Source: Lytechinus pictus
Taxonomy: Eukaryota
DNA length: 64,000 bases
Reading direction: 5' to 3'
NCBI RefSeq assembly: GCF_037042905.1
Contig: NC_087246.1
Location: forward strand, 8,992,001 to 9,056,000
Shown here: piece by piece, positions 1 to 15,000 of the stretch
Layout: every line of letters begins with the position of its first letter
How positions within the stretch are numbered: position 1 is the stretch's first letter
The notes under the pieces: generated by a model
Seen by the model: only the letters and a program-made list of their open reading frames with translations
The model's database searches: none
Told to the model about the DNA's origin: nothing
Position numbers and translations under genes: made by a program

Positions 1-3000
1 GGCTCCAAAGCCAGCATTGCACTTGGGACACTTTCTCTGTCTGGTTTCATATCGCGTCTTGATACAGTTGAAGCAGAAGACATGAAAGCACTTTGTGAGG
101 ACCACGTCTTTGCGACCTTTCTTACAGCATGGGCAGGTCAGTTGTTCCTGAGGAAAATAAAATGTGGATAATTCGTAAAATTTCAATGGCATGGTAGGAT
201 AACGTATCGCAGTGGACTAATGCCACATCATATATCATTTCTTTTTGGTCCTGACTGCTCAATTTTGCCTTTTCAATAGGTTCTGGGTGGTATTCCAAAG
301 CCATTTTATCTATAAATTTTTAATTCTATCTTTAAAAATGAAATTGGTATTCTGAGATCACTTTTTATCTCTGAGATAAAATAAGACTTTTTTTCCTGAG
401 ATAAATTTCTGTGTATAAGCTCCACGAGCCGACCTGGTCTTGAAAAGAGTGATTACATCACAGCATTCATTCTTCCCCTATCGGTCACAGAAAGTTGGGT
501 CAGTCCTGAAGTAGGTTTCAAATTCCTGATTACTTTCAGATAGTCCGAAGGCAAAGACCATAATTTTTGTTTTGATAAACTTTAGGATTTGAAAGTGGTC
601 TAGAAAATGTGCAGATTATTTGTGTTAATAGTTTGAACTTTGATATTTTAGTAGCTACCCTTCATAATCCCAACATTCCTCTTTTCAACTAATATTCACA
701 TCACTACTGAAAAACAAGGGTTCATGCTGCAGAATACTGCAAGTGGACCAAGGAAGGTTTGAGGTAGGTTGAATTTACATCTAAAGCAAAGTGCAAAATG
801 GACTGAAGTAGGCCACGCCGAGACCACCACAGGAAGTAAACTCGGTAGGTTCGCTAAAAGGTGACCCACCTGTGGTAGGCCCCAGGACGCCCACAGGTAC
901 GAGATCTTCTGGATGTATAACACAGGTGTTAAAACTGAAAAGTTCAGTCACTATTCCTATAATGAGCTATTAACAATGGATATATTTCTACTATTGAAAA
1001 AAAAGGTATATCGCTCTGATGCTGAATCAAATAAAAGAATGGAATATTCCGTTCTAAAAAAATGTTATGCCTTGGTACTAGAAACAATCAATTCCTCCAT
1101 CCTTCTGTAGTGTAACTTACCTTTAATGATCTGACTTCTTCTGCTAAGACCTCATCAGCACTGCTTGCTAGTTCCATTCTCTTATACCTCTCCACCTTAC
1201 GTTTCAAGCTCACACATTCCTCCTGTATTTCATAGAAATAATTTATAATATGAGTTATCATGATCAAGCACTAAAATCAACTATAAAATACCTTCAAAAT
1301 ATCAATAACCTTTAGACAACTGCAATTTATGGCCCATAATAATAAAAAACCTATAGTTTAACCATGGTTTAATAAAATAATAACAATTTTATATACCGCA
1401 AATTCGCAAATTGCCTCTAAGCAGTTAAGAGAAAGGAAAATGAAGTATATAGGAAATAGAAATAGAAATACTTTGCACAACAAAGTGTATCAAAACTAAT
1501 ATTACAATTTACAACTTTTTCTCACCAGATCATGAATAAAGAAATACCATCAAATGGGCCAATAAAAATATGATATGATCAATTTAAGATTTTTAAAAAT
1601 GAGTTTTAAGCATAACTTTAAATGTATTAACACAGTTAGCATTGCGAATTTGTAGGGGGAGATTGTTCCAAAGAAATGAAGCTGCATAAAAGAAAGAACG
1701 CTGACCGTATTGTTCTTAAGAAGTATTAGATCGAGAAAGAAGAGATTGAGAAGCAGAACGGAGAACTCGAACTGGCTGATATCAAGGAAGGAGTTCAGAA
1801 AGGTATGAAGGAGCTAGACCATGATATGACTTGAAAGCAAGAAGAATTTTGTAGGTGATACGAGAATAGGAAGCCAGTGGAGTTTGCGAAGCACAGGAGT
1901 AATGTGGGAAGAACGAGGGACACAGGAAACAAGACGAGCCGCAGTGTTTTGGATGTGCTGGAGCTTTGAGGTCATTTTTGTGGACAGGCCAAAGAGAAGG
2001 GAATTACAGTTATCTAAGCGAGATGTGACAAAAGCATGAATAAGACGATGGGCTGTATTCTGGTCAAGAAACCTACGGATTTTACTTATTTTTCTTAAAG
2101 CTACAAAGGCAGACTTACATATAACATCAACATTTTGAGACATGGTAAGGGATGAATCCATGACAGCACCAAGATTCCGCACTATATTTGAAGGCTTAAT
2201 TACAGACTGCCCGATCCTTACACTAATTTGCGGAACATCAGGACAATACTTAGAATGAAAGTGAACAAGTTCAGTCTTAGAATCATTTAAAGAACGCTTA
2301 TTCTGAAATGACCAAGTTCTAAGTCTGGGCCAATGTTATGGGAAACTAATTATCAAAACTTTGTTTAAGTTATATATTTCTTGTGTTTACTTGCTTCTTT
2401 ACCCATGTGTTAATGGTGAAGAAAACTTGCATTTGTTAATTTCATACGCTTCTAATTATTTAATGGGGAATCCAGCCTTGGCCATAAAATGTTGTTTTGG
2501 GAAGGAGAAAAATAAATTAAACAGAATGGCGAAAGTTTGAAAGCAATAAGAAAGTTATAGCTGCTTTAAAATTGAGATCACTAATAGTACGTAGATTTCA
2601 AATTGGCAACTGGGTAAGTAAAATATGACAAGGGGCAAGGACAACTTTCCCGTAGGCCATGTACTTTATAATCAGGGATTTGTGGTTTTCTCCTAAGTAC
2701 CCCTTCCCCTGGGGCAGTGATCTAAATATAATCCAGGTAGTATATTGTTTTATTTCCTCATGAAAGAAAATATAATTTGAAATAAAACTTTTGGGAAAAA
2801 CATTTTAGCCATAATATGTATTGGAGTACATGGAAGAGTAGTCCTTTACTATGACATCCCATATGCGGCCAATTCAAAGTCTCCACGGGTATAGTGATTA
2901 CCAATATTTACAACTTAAAAATTCATAACTTTCTTGTTGTTTGTCAAATATTGTTCAAACTTTCACCTATCAACTTGTCTGATTTTTCTTTTTCTTATAA

Positions 3001-6000
3001 AAACAAGTTTTTATTTGGGTTGGATTCCCATTTAAGTGTTAAATTTGATCATAAATTGAGTATCTAGTTATAGAGATTTACATCACATTTAGCTACCCAT
3101 AGTTAAACACTCCAAAACTAACCAAGGCTTGACTATTTGTTATTACAAAGAATAAAATATACATCATTTCCATAGCACGTATAAAGTTTTTACAAAAAAC
3201 AAGTAGTGTTTTAATATCTAAACCTACCTGTGCTCTCCTAAATTTATGATTCTCTTGCTCTACTGCTGATGACTTTTCTTTCACTATCCTCTGGAGTTCT
3301 TCCGTCGTTCCATCTATCTTATCTAGCTTTAGTTTTAAATCTGCAGCTTGTTGAGCAATATCCATGGCCTAAAAAAAAGAAATGGATATGAGACCAGGGT
3401 GATTAACTCATAGCTAAACCTAAAACTATTTGTTTTTTAAATTTCTTCCGTATTTCTTTGGGTTTTTTTACTTTGTTTTTGTATTGTTTTATTCCAAGGA
3501 AATCATCAACGACACTATCTCAGTCATAAATAACATGAAATCAATTGCTTTTAACCCTATCTAGGCAGGTGGGGGGCCTCGTAGGACCCCCCCCCCCTCA
3601 ACGATTCACTCAATATTTTCCCAGCGCAAATTTTTTTTACTTTTGTATGATTATTTTTAGTTTGGCTGGTCTAAATGGATTTTATGCTGTTTATGATCTG
3701 AAGAGTCCCCAACAAAGTTCGAAGAAATACATAAGAAATTGATTTGATATCGCAATTTTTTTCACGTACCTTTGCTGAGAATACAACAAAGATTTTATTT
3801 TTTTAGAACATTTGGAGCTTTATTTAGCAAGTTAGTGGAAAAGGTCTGATTTTACATACTAATTATGCATTAATTAGCATAACGAGTTAATAGCATCTTG
3901 CATGAAATAAATTATCATACTATTTTGTAGATTATGTCCCAGGCAACCTGCATGCCAATTTTTGGCGTAATTTTGCAACCACATATTTGGGGATCACAAA
4001 TTTGGTCTCAAAAATTGCCCAAGATTTGAAAGAAAAAAGTCAGGTCACGGTGTGGTGCCAGCTTTCCACGTAACAGATTTAGCGCAAAAAATGTTGAAAG
4101 GGTTAATCAGCCCCCCCCCCCCCTTCTCAATCCTATTAGGGTTAAAATGATGAAGAAAAAGTATAAATGAATATTATGAATACACAAAGATACTATGTAA
4201 CATTCATTTAAAAAAAATATATAGAAAAAATAATTAAGAAAATATCTTATCACAAGTAGAAAAAGGAAATGATGAACATGAGAAAGGATATCAAATAAGT
4301 TGGAAACAGAATACTGACAAATAAAAAAATAAATGGAAAATATGTAACTTAAAGAGCAAAGAAACACACAAAAATTGAAAACCATAAGCTGTCATACCTT
4401 TCTTTTATGCATATCCATGGTTTGTTGTCTTAGAGTAAGTTCTTTCTCTACAGTACTCAAAGTAGTCTGTAACACCCTCTCTTTCTCCTCCAGCTTCCTA
4501 ACAACCTGATTCTGAGCATCGACCTGGGTTTGTAACGTCCCTACCTGATCAGCTAGAACATCCTTCTCCTCTCGTAATAACTTGTGGATCTGATTTGATT
4601 TTATCCTCTGTGGAACAATCAAGGATAAATAGATTGATAATTATCAATTATGTTATCATTATGTAAGTATTATGAAGGCATGATAAATCAATCTCGCCTC
4701 AGTAACTCATAGGTTTGTGATTAATAGCAACATTGCTTTGTATAATCATGGACCTACAAAGAGATGGACGATCGTTCTTATGATGCAATGATAGTCACCA
4801 GCTTCTGATCATGGCATCTTAATGAGAACATAGTAGATGTTTAGACAATAGTTACTACCAAGGCACAAACGCACATTTGATAATTTACAAAGGAACAGTT
4901 TTCCTGGTCTTGGTTTTGGTTGGATGATATCCTTTATCAAAATATGATTTTCAATCAATATGCTTCAGATTTGGAGCAGCAAAATTGATAACCAGCCAAT
5001 TTTTGTGCTATAAAAGTTGCAAACTTTAGCACATAGATAATTACCTACTACTGAACTTCTTTCAAATTTCAGATCTTTTGAGCACTTTTTGCATAATACC
5101 TACCTCAGACATGAGTTTGAAATTAGCATCATCCTTTTCTCTGAGTTGTTGTAAGAGTCTTGTATTCATCTCTTGCATATCTTCAAAGGCTTGGCCTGTT
5201 ACATCCATTTCAGATAACAGAGCTTCCTCCTCCTGCAAAAATGAAAATATATATCTTACGAAGATGACTACATGATACTATGATATACAAAAACTCCTTC
5301 ATCACTTCCAATATTTTTTCTAGTATCACACAACCATTTTTTGCTCCATTCACATTATAAAATGATTTGGTAGATGAAGCCATCTCCACTTCTTCATGAT
5401 CTTCACAAGGTAATTCGTTTCACATGGTAGTGACATTTCCACTCCAATTTATAAATTTCATAATTTTGCGTTGGATAAGCTTTAAGTTACTTCGAAACTA
5501 TATCCTTTCAATTTTATCTTTATTCTGACTGTATGGTGATAACTCAATTAAACATACACGTCTTTTACACTGATCTTGTATTTATAGATACTGTACTTCT
5601 AACTGCAATAGATGAGATCAAATCAAAATATGATTCATCTATATCTACCCTCTTAAATTACATTACACTCCAGAAGAATGACCAACCTGTTTCTTTTCAG
5701 CAAGTTTCTTTTGAAGCTGATGAATGCCTTCTTCGAGTGCTCGTATCTTTCTCATCGCATCGTCATCAGCCATCTTTCTACTCTCCTGTCTCTCCCTCTC
5801 CTCTAGGTGGCGTATTCTTTTTTGGAGTTCATCAATCTCCATCCTAGCCTTCCTCTCATTAGACATTATCTGGAAGAGTTAAAAAGAAAATCAAGTTAGA
5901 GGGAAAATTCAAGCAATCATTGTGAGCTTTCAAATTATGACAAAAAAAAAAAAAAAATGTCTTGCCTGCATTACACGATTCAACATAGCAGCAGTGCTGA

Positions 6001-9000
6001 CTTTGAAAACAAGTACACGTAATGAACGATTTATTCTCCCCTTTAATCAAACATTCCCTGAATCCAATTTTTTAACCAATAACAGTAAGCAACACTTAAT
6101 ATACAGTATAAACACACACTTCGTGCTCTACAAAAACTAACTAAGTTTTGAAATCTATGTTTATAACCACACAGTGAATATACCAACCTGCGCCTTTTCT
6201 CTCTGCTCTTTCGCTAGACCCTTGTACATATCAAGCAGCAACTTGAGTTCTTTCTGACTCTCCTGAGCTTTCCTGTCATTGAAAAAAAGAATCGGCAAAC
6301 ATTTAGTCTCAAAGGTAATTGCTTCAATAAGAAGAGCCTATGATTACTTTACTAATGAAGTGACACAAAGATATACAATACTCATTTTCATTATGAATAT
6401 GTAAGACAGCAAAAATATCAATAATTATTGCCAAATTAAGAGTCAACATAGATTAATTTGGATCTTTGGAAGAGAGTGTAGCTCTCATGGGCTAATAATG
6501 GCAATACACACTGTCTCATAAATAAGAATTTAAAGAAAAAGCACTACTCACTTCAATGATGCTCTTAATTCTTTGACCAGATCTGACTCATTCTTCATTC
6601 CATCTTTCCCACTATCCTCCCTCTTCCTCTCTCTTTCCTTCCTCTCATCCACATGATGATGGTGGTGGTGGTGGTGGGTGTGGTCATCACGCTTAGATTG
6701 ATCATGCCCACCTTCCCTGTGTTCTGAGCTGGCATCCTTGCTATTACTGTTGCTACCACTGCTTCCACTCCCTGAGGAAGATCCTAATGATGAACTTGAC
6801 GTTCCGCCGTGATGTGAGGTGCTATTGCCAAGTTGACCATGTTTCTCAACTTCAGTTTTTAACTGAGGAAAACAAGTAAAAACAAAAGAACGTGCCATTC
6901 AGGGATAACTTCTTGTAATAAAATGCTGCTAATGTTTTCAAAATCTGGAAGTTTACACTACAGTACATTTCAAACACTAAATGGGGACCAGACTGAGCTT
7001 GATCAAGTATCTAACAATTAAGAGCCCATATTCCCTGAAAATAAAAAAAAACAGTCCTGCCATTTCCGATAACTATAAAACATAACAATGATTGCGAAAA
7101 TTTCAAACTTGATGGACAATGCACGTTAAAAAATAGGGTACAAGATTCCCTTTAAGGCTAACAAGATTACAAGGACAATAGTCATTATGCTAATGTCCAT
7201 CACTACCTATATTTTTTGCCTTCTTTTCTTCTTTATTACTGATATTTTCTTCTCACCTTAGATATTTCAACCTGTGCTTCTTTTAATTTCCTCCTGTAGC
7301 GGCTTATCTCTCCTTTGAGTTGGGCATTATGACTCTGATAACTGGATACGAGATGACGAAGCTCACGGTTGATTGGACCTAGGATGGTAAACAACACATC
7401 ATCATCACAGAACATGTCTAGTACACTCTCTAAAATTAGTGAGATCAATCGTCTAGAAATAATATATATCAGAACTACACCCCATATCAATGTAACTCGT
7501 CATATTGCTGGTTTCGAATTGCAACCTTCACAGAAAATGTAGAATAGAAATTACATAACATCAAAAGAGGCACAAAGTTAATTATAGAGCTGATATATTA
7601 AGAAAATGGTAGTCGACAAAAGTGAGTACATTCCGTTATATTATGATTGAAATATTATATTAGGACTTTTTATGTTTATTTGTATACATTATACATTAAC
7701 TCCCAGTATGTTAATATTTCTTTGGTCAGGAGCCACCTCATTTTGTATCCTGTATCTATGAATATCATTTCACCCCTCTTTAATGACATCCTGAACAGAC
7801 ATAATGTAGTGGTCAGAAGCTGTATTGCTCTTGAATTATGGTGGCTTTAGCAGTTTGTTAAATGAAGTAAAAATAAAACAAATGCGGGTCAGACAGATGA
7901 AAAGATGACCATTTATAGAATCGCACTATGATATATGTGCGTGGAGGGATATATTATGTCAACCATACAACTGTTGTTGATGACTTCCATTAACAGATTG
8001 CGAATTACTTGACCCTTGACCTCAAAATTCTCTCATTCCATAGATGGTGTACACAGTTCCTACAGCAAATATTTTCAGAGTATCACATTCAGGAGCTGTG
8101 TCAATGAATATGTTCTATAATCACGTTCATCAATTATACAGTGCGTCCCAGTAAAAACGAAACCGAGATTAAGCGATGATTTATCATAACTTAATCACAA
8201 ATACAATAGACAAATTATCTACCAATGTAAAGCTTAGAATCTCCTCTTTCATCTGATATTACTTAGATTATTCCCCATTCACGCATGAGTGAGCAAAAAC
8301 AATTTGAAGAAAGGATACCAAAAACTCATTTGGCGGGGGTATCTGAATTTCAAAAAGAAAATCACATGCCTAAAAAGTTCAATATCTGCTCTTATATTTG
8401 ATACCTTAATCATAAAAAATGGTCAAGAAGTAAAAAAGTTATGTTCCCTCGAAACAATGTTTGCATTTCCATAATTTCATTAAATAAACGTGTTTTCACC
8501 GGTTTCCCACAGAAGCTATCACGTGGTTAACAAAAGACTTAATGCATGGCTGATCATCAACAAAACGGAGTGTCAAGTGAGTTTGAATGCTAGCCTGTAG
8601 AACCTCTGAATTTTAGGAAATTATTGAAATTCAAGCCTAATTTCAAATAATCAGAACTTTGTTATTTCTTGACCATTTTCTGTAATTGAGGTATCAAATT
8701 AAAGAGCAGATATTGAACTTTTTAAAAATGTGGTTTTCTTTTTGAAACCCAGATACAGCCCGCCAAATGACTTTTTGGTATCCCCTCTTTAAATTGTTTT
8801 TGCTCACTCATGCATGAGTGAGAAATAATCTAAGTAATTTCAGATGAAAGAGGAGATTGTAAGCTTGACAATGGAAGGTCATTTGCCTATTGTATTTGTG
8901 ATTAAGTTATGATAAATCATCGATAAATCTCGGTTTCGTTTTTTGTGGGACGCACTGTAGAGTTGCAAGGTCTTACAGTCACACTGATGATATGCTGTTC

Positions 9001-12000
9001 CTCTGAAGCAGATGCCTTGATATAAAATTGGGCTTTTTACATATCAACTACTTTTAATACATGGCAGAACCAAGTCTCGTTACAATATAAATTTTACAAG
9101 CAACTCTCTCAAAGTTTACTGTGTTCACTCACCGGTAACAGCTTTGTTAAAAGAAATCATAATTGGGAAAGCTTTCAATTTGAAGTTCAATGTGACAGGT
9201 TTCTTACCTGCTTGTTCATTAGCAGCTAGATTCTGTTCAAACTCTATCCTCAGCATCTCATATTCCTTCTGTACCTGAGCTAGATTATCTTCAAGCTGCA
9301 TCACCTCTGTACGTAACTTTTTCTGACAGGCAAGTTCATCGCTCTATTGGAAATCAGGAGAGAAATTGGAGAGTATACAACTTATATTTCAAGATTACTA
9401 CTTTCACTTTACACTGTTAGTAACTAGTTCCGAATTGGAATGGTCAAACACTGTAGTTCTTGACCATTTCCATTGGGACTTGTTAAAATTTGTAATAATA
9501 ACTGATTGCTAAAAAATAATTTTTCCTAAATAATTCCATGTCATACTAAAAAATACACACACCATAATAAATTTCAAACCTTCAAAAAATGACAACGAAC
9601 TATGGAAAAACGATATGCAGGGTTTCCAATTTTTCTTTCTTGAACTCACAGGTGGCAGCGATTAAATATCGCCCCATCATTAGGCCACTATATATGAAGA
9701 TAAAACTTTGCCTGTTACTGCAAGATATCAATACAATTAAGTGCTACAGAACTGAATTTATCATAAGTTTTACTAAACATGCTTCTTATCAATGTGTGCG
9801 GTTAGAAGTCCTGTGGACTAGATCAAGTGAAATATAACATAACAATTTCACAGTCAAATTGAGGTATGTTTGAGCAAGAAATACAATCAAACACAACTCC
9901 AATAATCAAACAGAACTTGATCTAAAACCATTTAGAAGCACAGATTTGGGATTTGTGTATGATTTTCTGAGAACTTAACTCTTTCTGCAACGGGTTTCTA
10001 AACTGATAAAGTGCAGGAGGAAGTCACATTACATGTTTCAAATTTGCATTGAAATGTACACAAGACCAAAAAAGAATGCGGTATATTTATTTTACCTCCA
10101 TCTGTTCAATCTGTCTGAGATGTGTATTCTTGGTCTGTTGTAATAATGCCCGAGAATCTTCCATCTGTGATTTCATCTCTTGGGCTTCTTTGTACAACAC
10201 TGAGAACTGAGACTGAAGACATTTGTAGGTGGCCGTTTCCTTTATCACATGGTCAGGTAATAGTTTAATCTGTGTGGGTCAAGCAATAATGCATAGCAAA
10301 AAAACGAACAGGAAATGTGAAATGAAGCAACAAACCTGGGTTATTATACGCGTCCGAACAAGGGCTTATCATTTAAAGTTGAGTCATGTTTCAGGACTTC
10401 CATCATAAACTTGACTTGTGAAATTACTTGCCAAAATAGTGATCAATAACAGCAGCACAACCCCTGTATACATTTGAGTGCATTTCATCCACCCATACAA
10501 CCACCCCACATCCAAGATAATAATATTGCAGAGCTGCCAACCTGAACAAAAACATTTCAGTATTTTAAAAGCTGACATTTTTTAATTTGAGAACATGAGA
10601 AGCAAAACTGAAAGACATAGAAACAGTCCAATACCCTATCTTTCACGCCTGCTGTAAATCAATTTTAATGTTTTATTTTGTAGTAGCCAACTTATTGTAA
10701 TAAACTCTTAAGTAATTATTGTTGCATGCTTGTATAAATTGTATTTACCCTCTCCAAACTCTTGATGTAAAACTATGAAGCACTACAATATTTCTTTTTA
10801 ACTCAAATTATACAAATTTGCCACTTTATACTTTTGAAGTCTCTCCAATCTTCTGGATTATTTTACCCGATGACTTAAACTGTAATCTCTTATACTACTG
10901 TTCTCCACATTACTTTCCATTAATTCTCATCAGCATGGTTTCCTAAATTTTAATTAATATGTTTGAGTTTTTACCATATTATATCTTGATTTGAATATTA
11001 ACTTCAAAATTATATTTGCATACCCATGATACCATGTATGATTTATTACTTTTTTTTTTTCTCACTTTCCATTACATCCCTCTCCTTTCAGAGTACTCTC
11101 CCTACATCTCCTTAAACTCCTTTGCCTGTCTATACCTGCCTTTACCACCCCCTGTATTATCTGTCACTTATTACTTCTAGGTTCTCTTAATTTCTTTCTT
11201 TCTCCTTCCTTTTATTAATCTTTTATCATAATTTGATTAGATGTTACGGTTGTTATATGTATATTGATTTATTTGGTGTATTCTATTAAACAATGTAAAT
11301 ATCAAATACGATGTAAATTTTCAAATTCAAATTCAATATAAGTAATATGGTGAGAAAATCAGTATTTTCAAAGAAATACCATAGGATAACACATAAAACT
11401 GAAACTTTACAAATCAGTATTTTGCATGAAACCATCATTACTCTTCTCATTTTTCAGTACTAAATACGGAAAATCTGCACTACTTGGCAGCTCTGATCTT
11501 GCAATCAAAATTTGTGAAAGAAAGTCTTTAACAGAAAATAATGACCAAAGAATGTCTAATAGAGGACACAAAGAAAAAATAAACAAAAGGGAAACAAAGA
11601 CTCACATTCATCTTTGACTGCTCTAAGTCTTTGACAACATCTTGGTATTTCTCTTGAAGCTTCTCCAGGTCATTAAGACGACTTGAAGCCAAGTCTTTGT
11701 TCTCTTCAAGATCATTCACAATACTCTGAAGCTGCAATATAAGATATATCAGACATGAGCATTTAAAACCAATAATGGTAAAAACAAAAATTTATGAAAA
11801 AATTGTCTGGATATTCAAATATCTAATTCCTTGAAGTGCTAAAATCACATTTACTCAATGATTCCATAAATGACGAGACATTACCAGACTTGTGTATTCT
11901 CATTCATGTTTTAACACATTCAGAGATAAGAAGTCCACAGTATTTTAAATGTCTATGCAATCACCCCACCACCATATTCTCTCTATGCACCGAGTCAATT

Positions 12001-15000
12001 GGATATGGCATCACTTCGGGATTCATTCTCAATCTAAATTTGATGAAATACAAGGTAGCAAGTAAATGCAGAAGTTTGTTAGAAGTTCCAATCATTTTTC
12101 ATTTTTTGTCTTCCTGGAGAGCAAATAGTACTACATTTACAGTCAAACCTGGTTTAGTGACCACCTGTAAAGAAGTGCACCTGTCTGTTTAGACCACAAG
12201 TTTGGTTCCCCCTCAATAGTTCCCCCTCGAATAGTAACCTGTTCGCAAGTACCATGTGCTTATAAAAATTGCATTTTTGTCTCCCTTCGATAGTCTTTAT
12301 ATAGAGGTTTCACTGTATAATTATAATTTTTCCCACTTCCATCATTCTTATTAGTTCATAGATAGAATTAGCAGAACATCCCTAAACTAAGTAAAGTGAA
12401 TATCACCAGTTTCATACCTGTTTTGATGCTAATCCACCTGATCCATCACCAGACCCTCCGATGAAGGTTGCTGTTTTTAGTTTAGTATAGCTTTCTTCTA
12501 GAAGAAGTTCTAGTTTGAACACTCTTTGCTTGGCCTGGTTAAGATCATACTGAAGATCATCCATTTGGTTATGAGCTTCAGCAAGTTTGGTTTCAACTGA
12601 AACAAGCTTATCACTGTAACCAGTATACTAGGATATAATAGAGAGAATCAAGAACCAGAGGCTCAGTTACTCATGGGAACTTCTTCAAAGGCAGTTACTT
12701 ACTTTGTCCAGTTGTCTTCCTATTTCATATAGGTAATGACTTCAATTCTGGCAAAAGAATCTGAAGCATTTTTACTTCCTTCAAAAAATGTAACCTAAAA
12801 CTAAAGGATATCTCCTTTTTATAATATACCGTATGGGCACTAGTATTCAACCCGGCATAATTAAAAGATTTTGACAAATTCCCCCAAATATTTAGAAAAA
12901 GGGAATTTATCTTAATTTCATACCTTTGTTATTTCCAGTGTAATCTGTTGTCAGGTATTTTCTTTATCAATCTGTCGACTGTATGCGCGGAGGATCGAAT
13001 TATGCGGCGATGACCTTTTGCACTGAAATGCACTAGTATTCAACCTAGTGATGATAGATGGCTAATTTCAAAATGATTTAGATTGCTAAATTAGATCTAG
13101 ATTTATGTAAGTTTCTGGCTTTGATTAATTCCCTGTTTGGTCTCATCTCAATTGGTCTAGTCCATAGTCGGATGGGACAAGGGCAGATTGAAAGACAGGG
13201 CATTCTTTCATCACTAGGTTGAATACTAGTGCCGACGGATCGAATACTAGTGCCAAAAACCATCGCCTTATAATTCGATCGCCCGCTCACACAGTCGACG
13301 GGTTGAAGAAAAAATAACTGAAAAAGAATAACCAGCATTTGCTCTTGGAAATAAGACAGGTCTGAAATTCAGGTAAATTCTATATTTCTATATATTTGAG
13401 GAAACTCTCCAAACGGGTTGAATACTAGTGCCCTTACGGTATTCTATTATTATTATTGCATATTAAATAAAGAAATTTAAACAAGTTACACTTTTATGGA
13501 GAAATAGCACAAGGGCTGGTTGGTACAACTATTAATACAGAGAGTTTTAGAGAAAGAATACATGTAAGACAATACACTGCATCAAAACAAACCCCTTGAT
13601 ACAGTATCTACAATGTTGCTAAATTATCATTTTGAATGAGATGACTTTTCATAGCTGGAATACTCCCAGGGAGTGGCAATCACATACACATTGTATGTGG
13701 GCAAACCGGAATCCAATGATCAGTATAATATATCTGCAAAGCGCTTTGAGATGTTGTATTAAGTGCTAAATAAAAGTGGAATTATCATCATCATCCTCAT
13801 AATTATCATCATCACCTTCTTCATCACCACCATCTTCATCACTTCATCATCTTCATCACTTCATCATCACCATCATCATCATCATCATCAACACCATCAA
13901 CTACATCATCACCAACATAATCATCAATATCAACGTGGAGCATTGTGGCCCAGTGGATTAGTCTTCGGACTTTGAAACAGAGGGTCGTAGGTTCGAATCC
14001 CAGCCATGGCGTAATTTCCTTCAGCAAGAAACTGATCCACAGTGTGCTGCACTCAACCCAGGTGAGGTAAATGGGTACCGGTAGGAAGTAATTCCTTAAA
14101 AAGCTGTGTGCGCTATGAACGCCTAGCTTAGCCGGGTATTATAGGAGCGCCTTGAGCACCTAACAAGGTGGATATGTGCGCAATATAAATACCCTATATT
14201 ATTATTATTATTATCACCATCTTCATCATTCATCGTCATCATCATCACAATCACTATTATGTTTATTATTGTTAACAAGGCAGCTTTAAATGCTTTTACA
14301 ACATTTTCAATTCAACAATTCTGAAAGGTAGGTTACCATTTCCAGCATACCTTCATAGTTGTTTCTCTTTGTCTTTCCTGCAATGAAGCCATCATGTCAG
14401 TCAATCTCTTGTTTTCTTCATACAGCTGATCATTCACTATCTTTAAACCTTGCTCAGACTCTGCAATATCAAAATTGAAAAAGAAATATGGGACGAATTC
14501 GTTATTATGCCCAGCCACCTTTAAATCTACCAGACCAAGTGAATACTTAGTCAAGTTTGTTTTTATTGTCAAAATTACTGTTATCCATTCTAATTTCAAC
14601 AGAATGAATAGTAATATCAATTCATAACTAAAAAAATGTATGATTAATAGGTAATGAGAGTGGGATTACAACACGTGCCATTGCATCGGTGCAGCATAGA
14701 GCTTCAACATGCTACATTTACCAACAGACCAAAAGCGCTTGACAGCAACATCGAGTGTTCTATTAAAAAGCTTTATACCTTTGCTTTCTGGGTATATTTG
14801 CAAAATATGAATATATTCAAAATATTGCATAATGCAACAAAACATTGGTCCTTAAAAAATATTGAAATAGGCCCTGAACATTGGGGAAAGAACCTTAAAA
14901 AAAATTAATATAATTCCTACTGGTCACAAAAAAAACTTGCTGCCCTGATACTGACCTGTGACTGCCATCTCTTTGACAAATGTTTCCTGTCTACTCTTGA

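Noticed and set aside
13937..14010. tRNA gene-like sequences (also 31287 and 51678)
   Set aside because: They continue into shared SINE bodies and simple-repeat tails, without a clean acceptor stem or terminator; they are SINE heads.
13763..14027. Poly-His and poly-Asp ORFs
   Set aside because: Translations of the (CAT)n microsatellite and the SINE.
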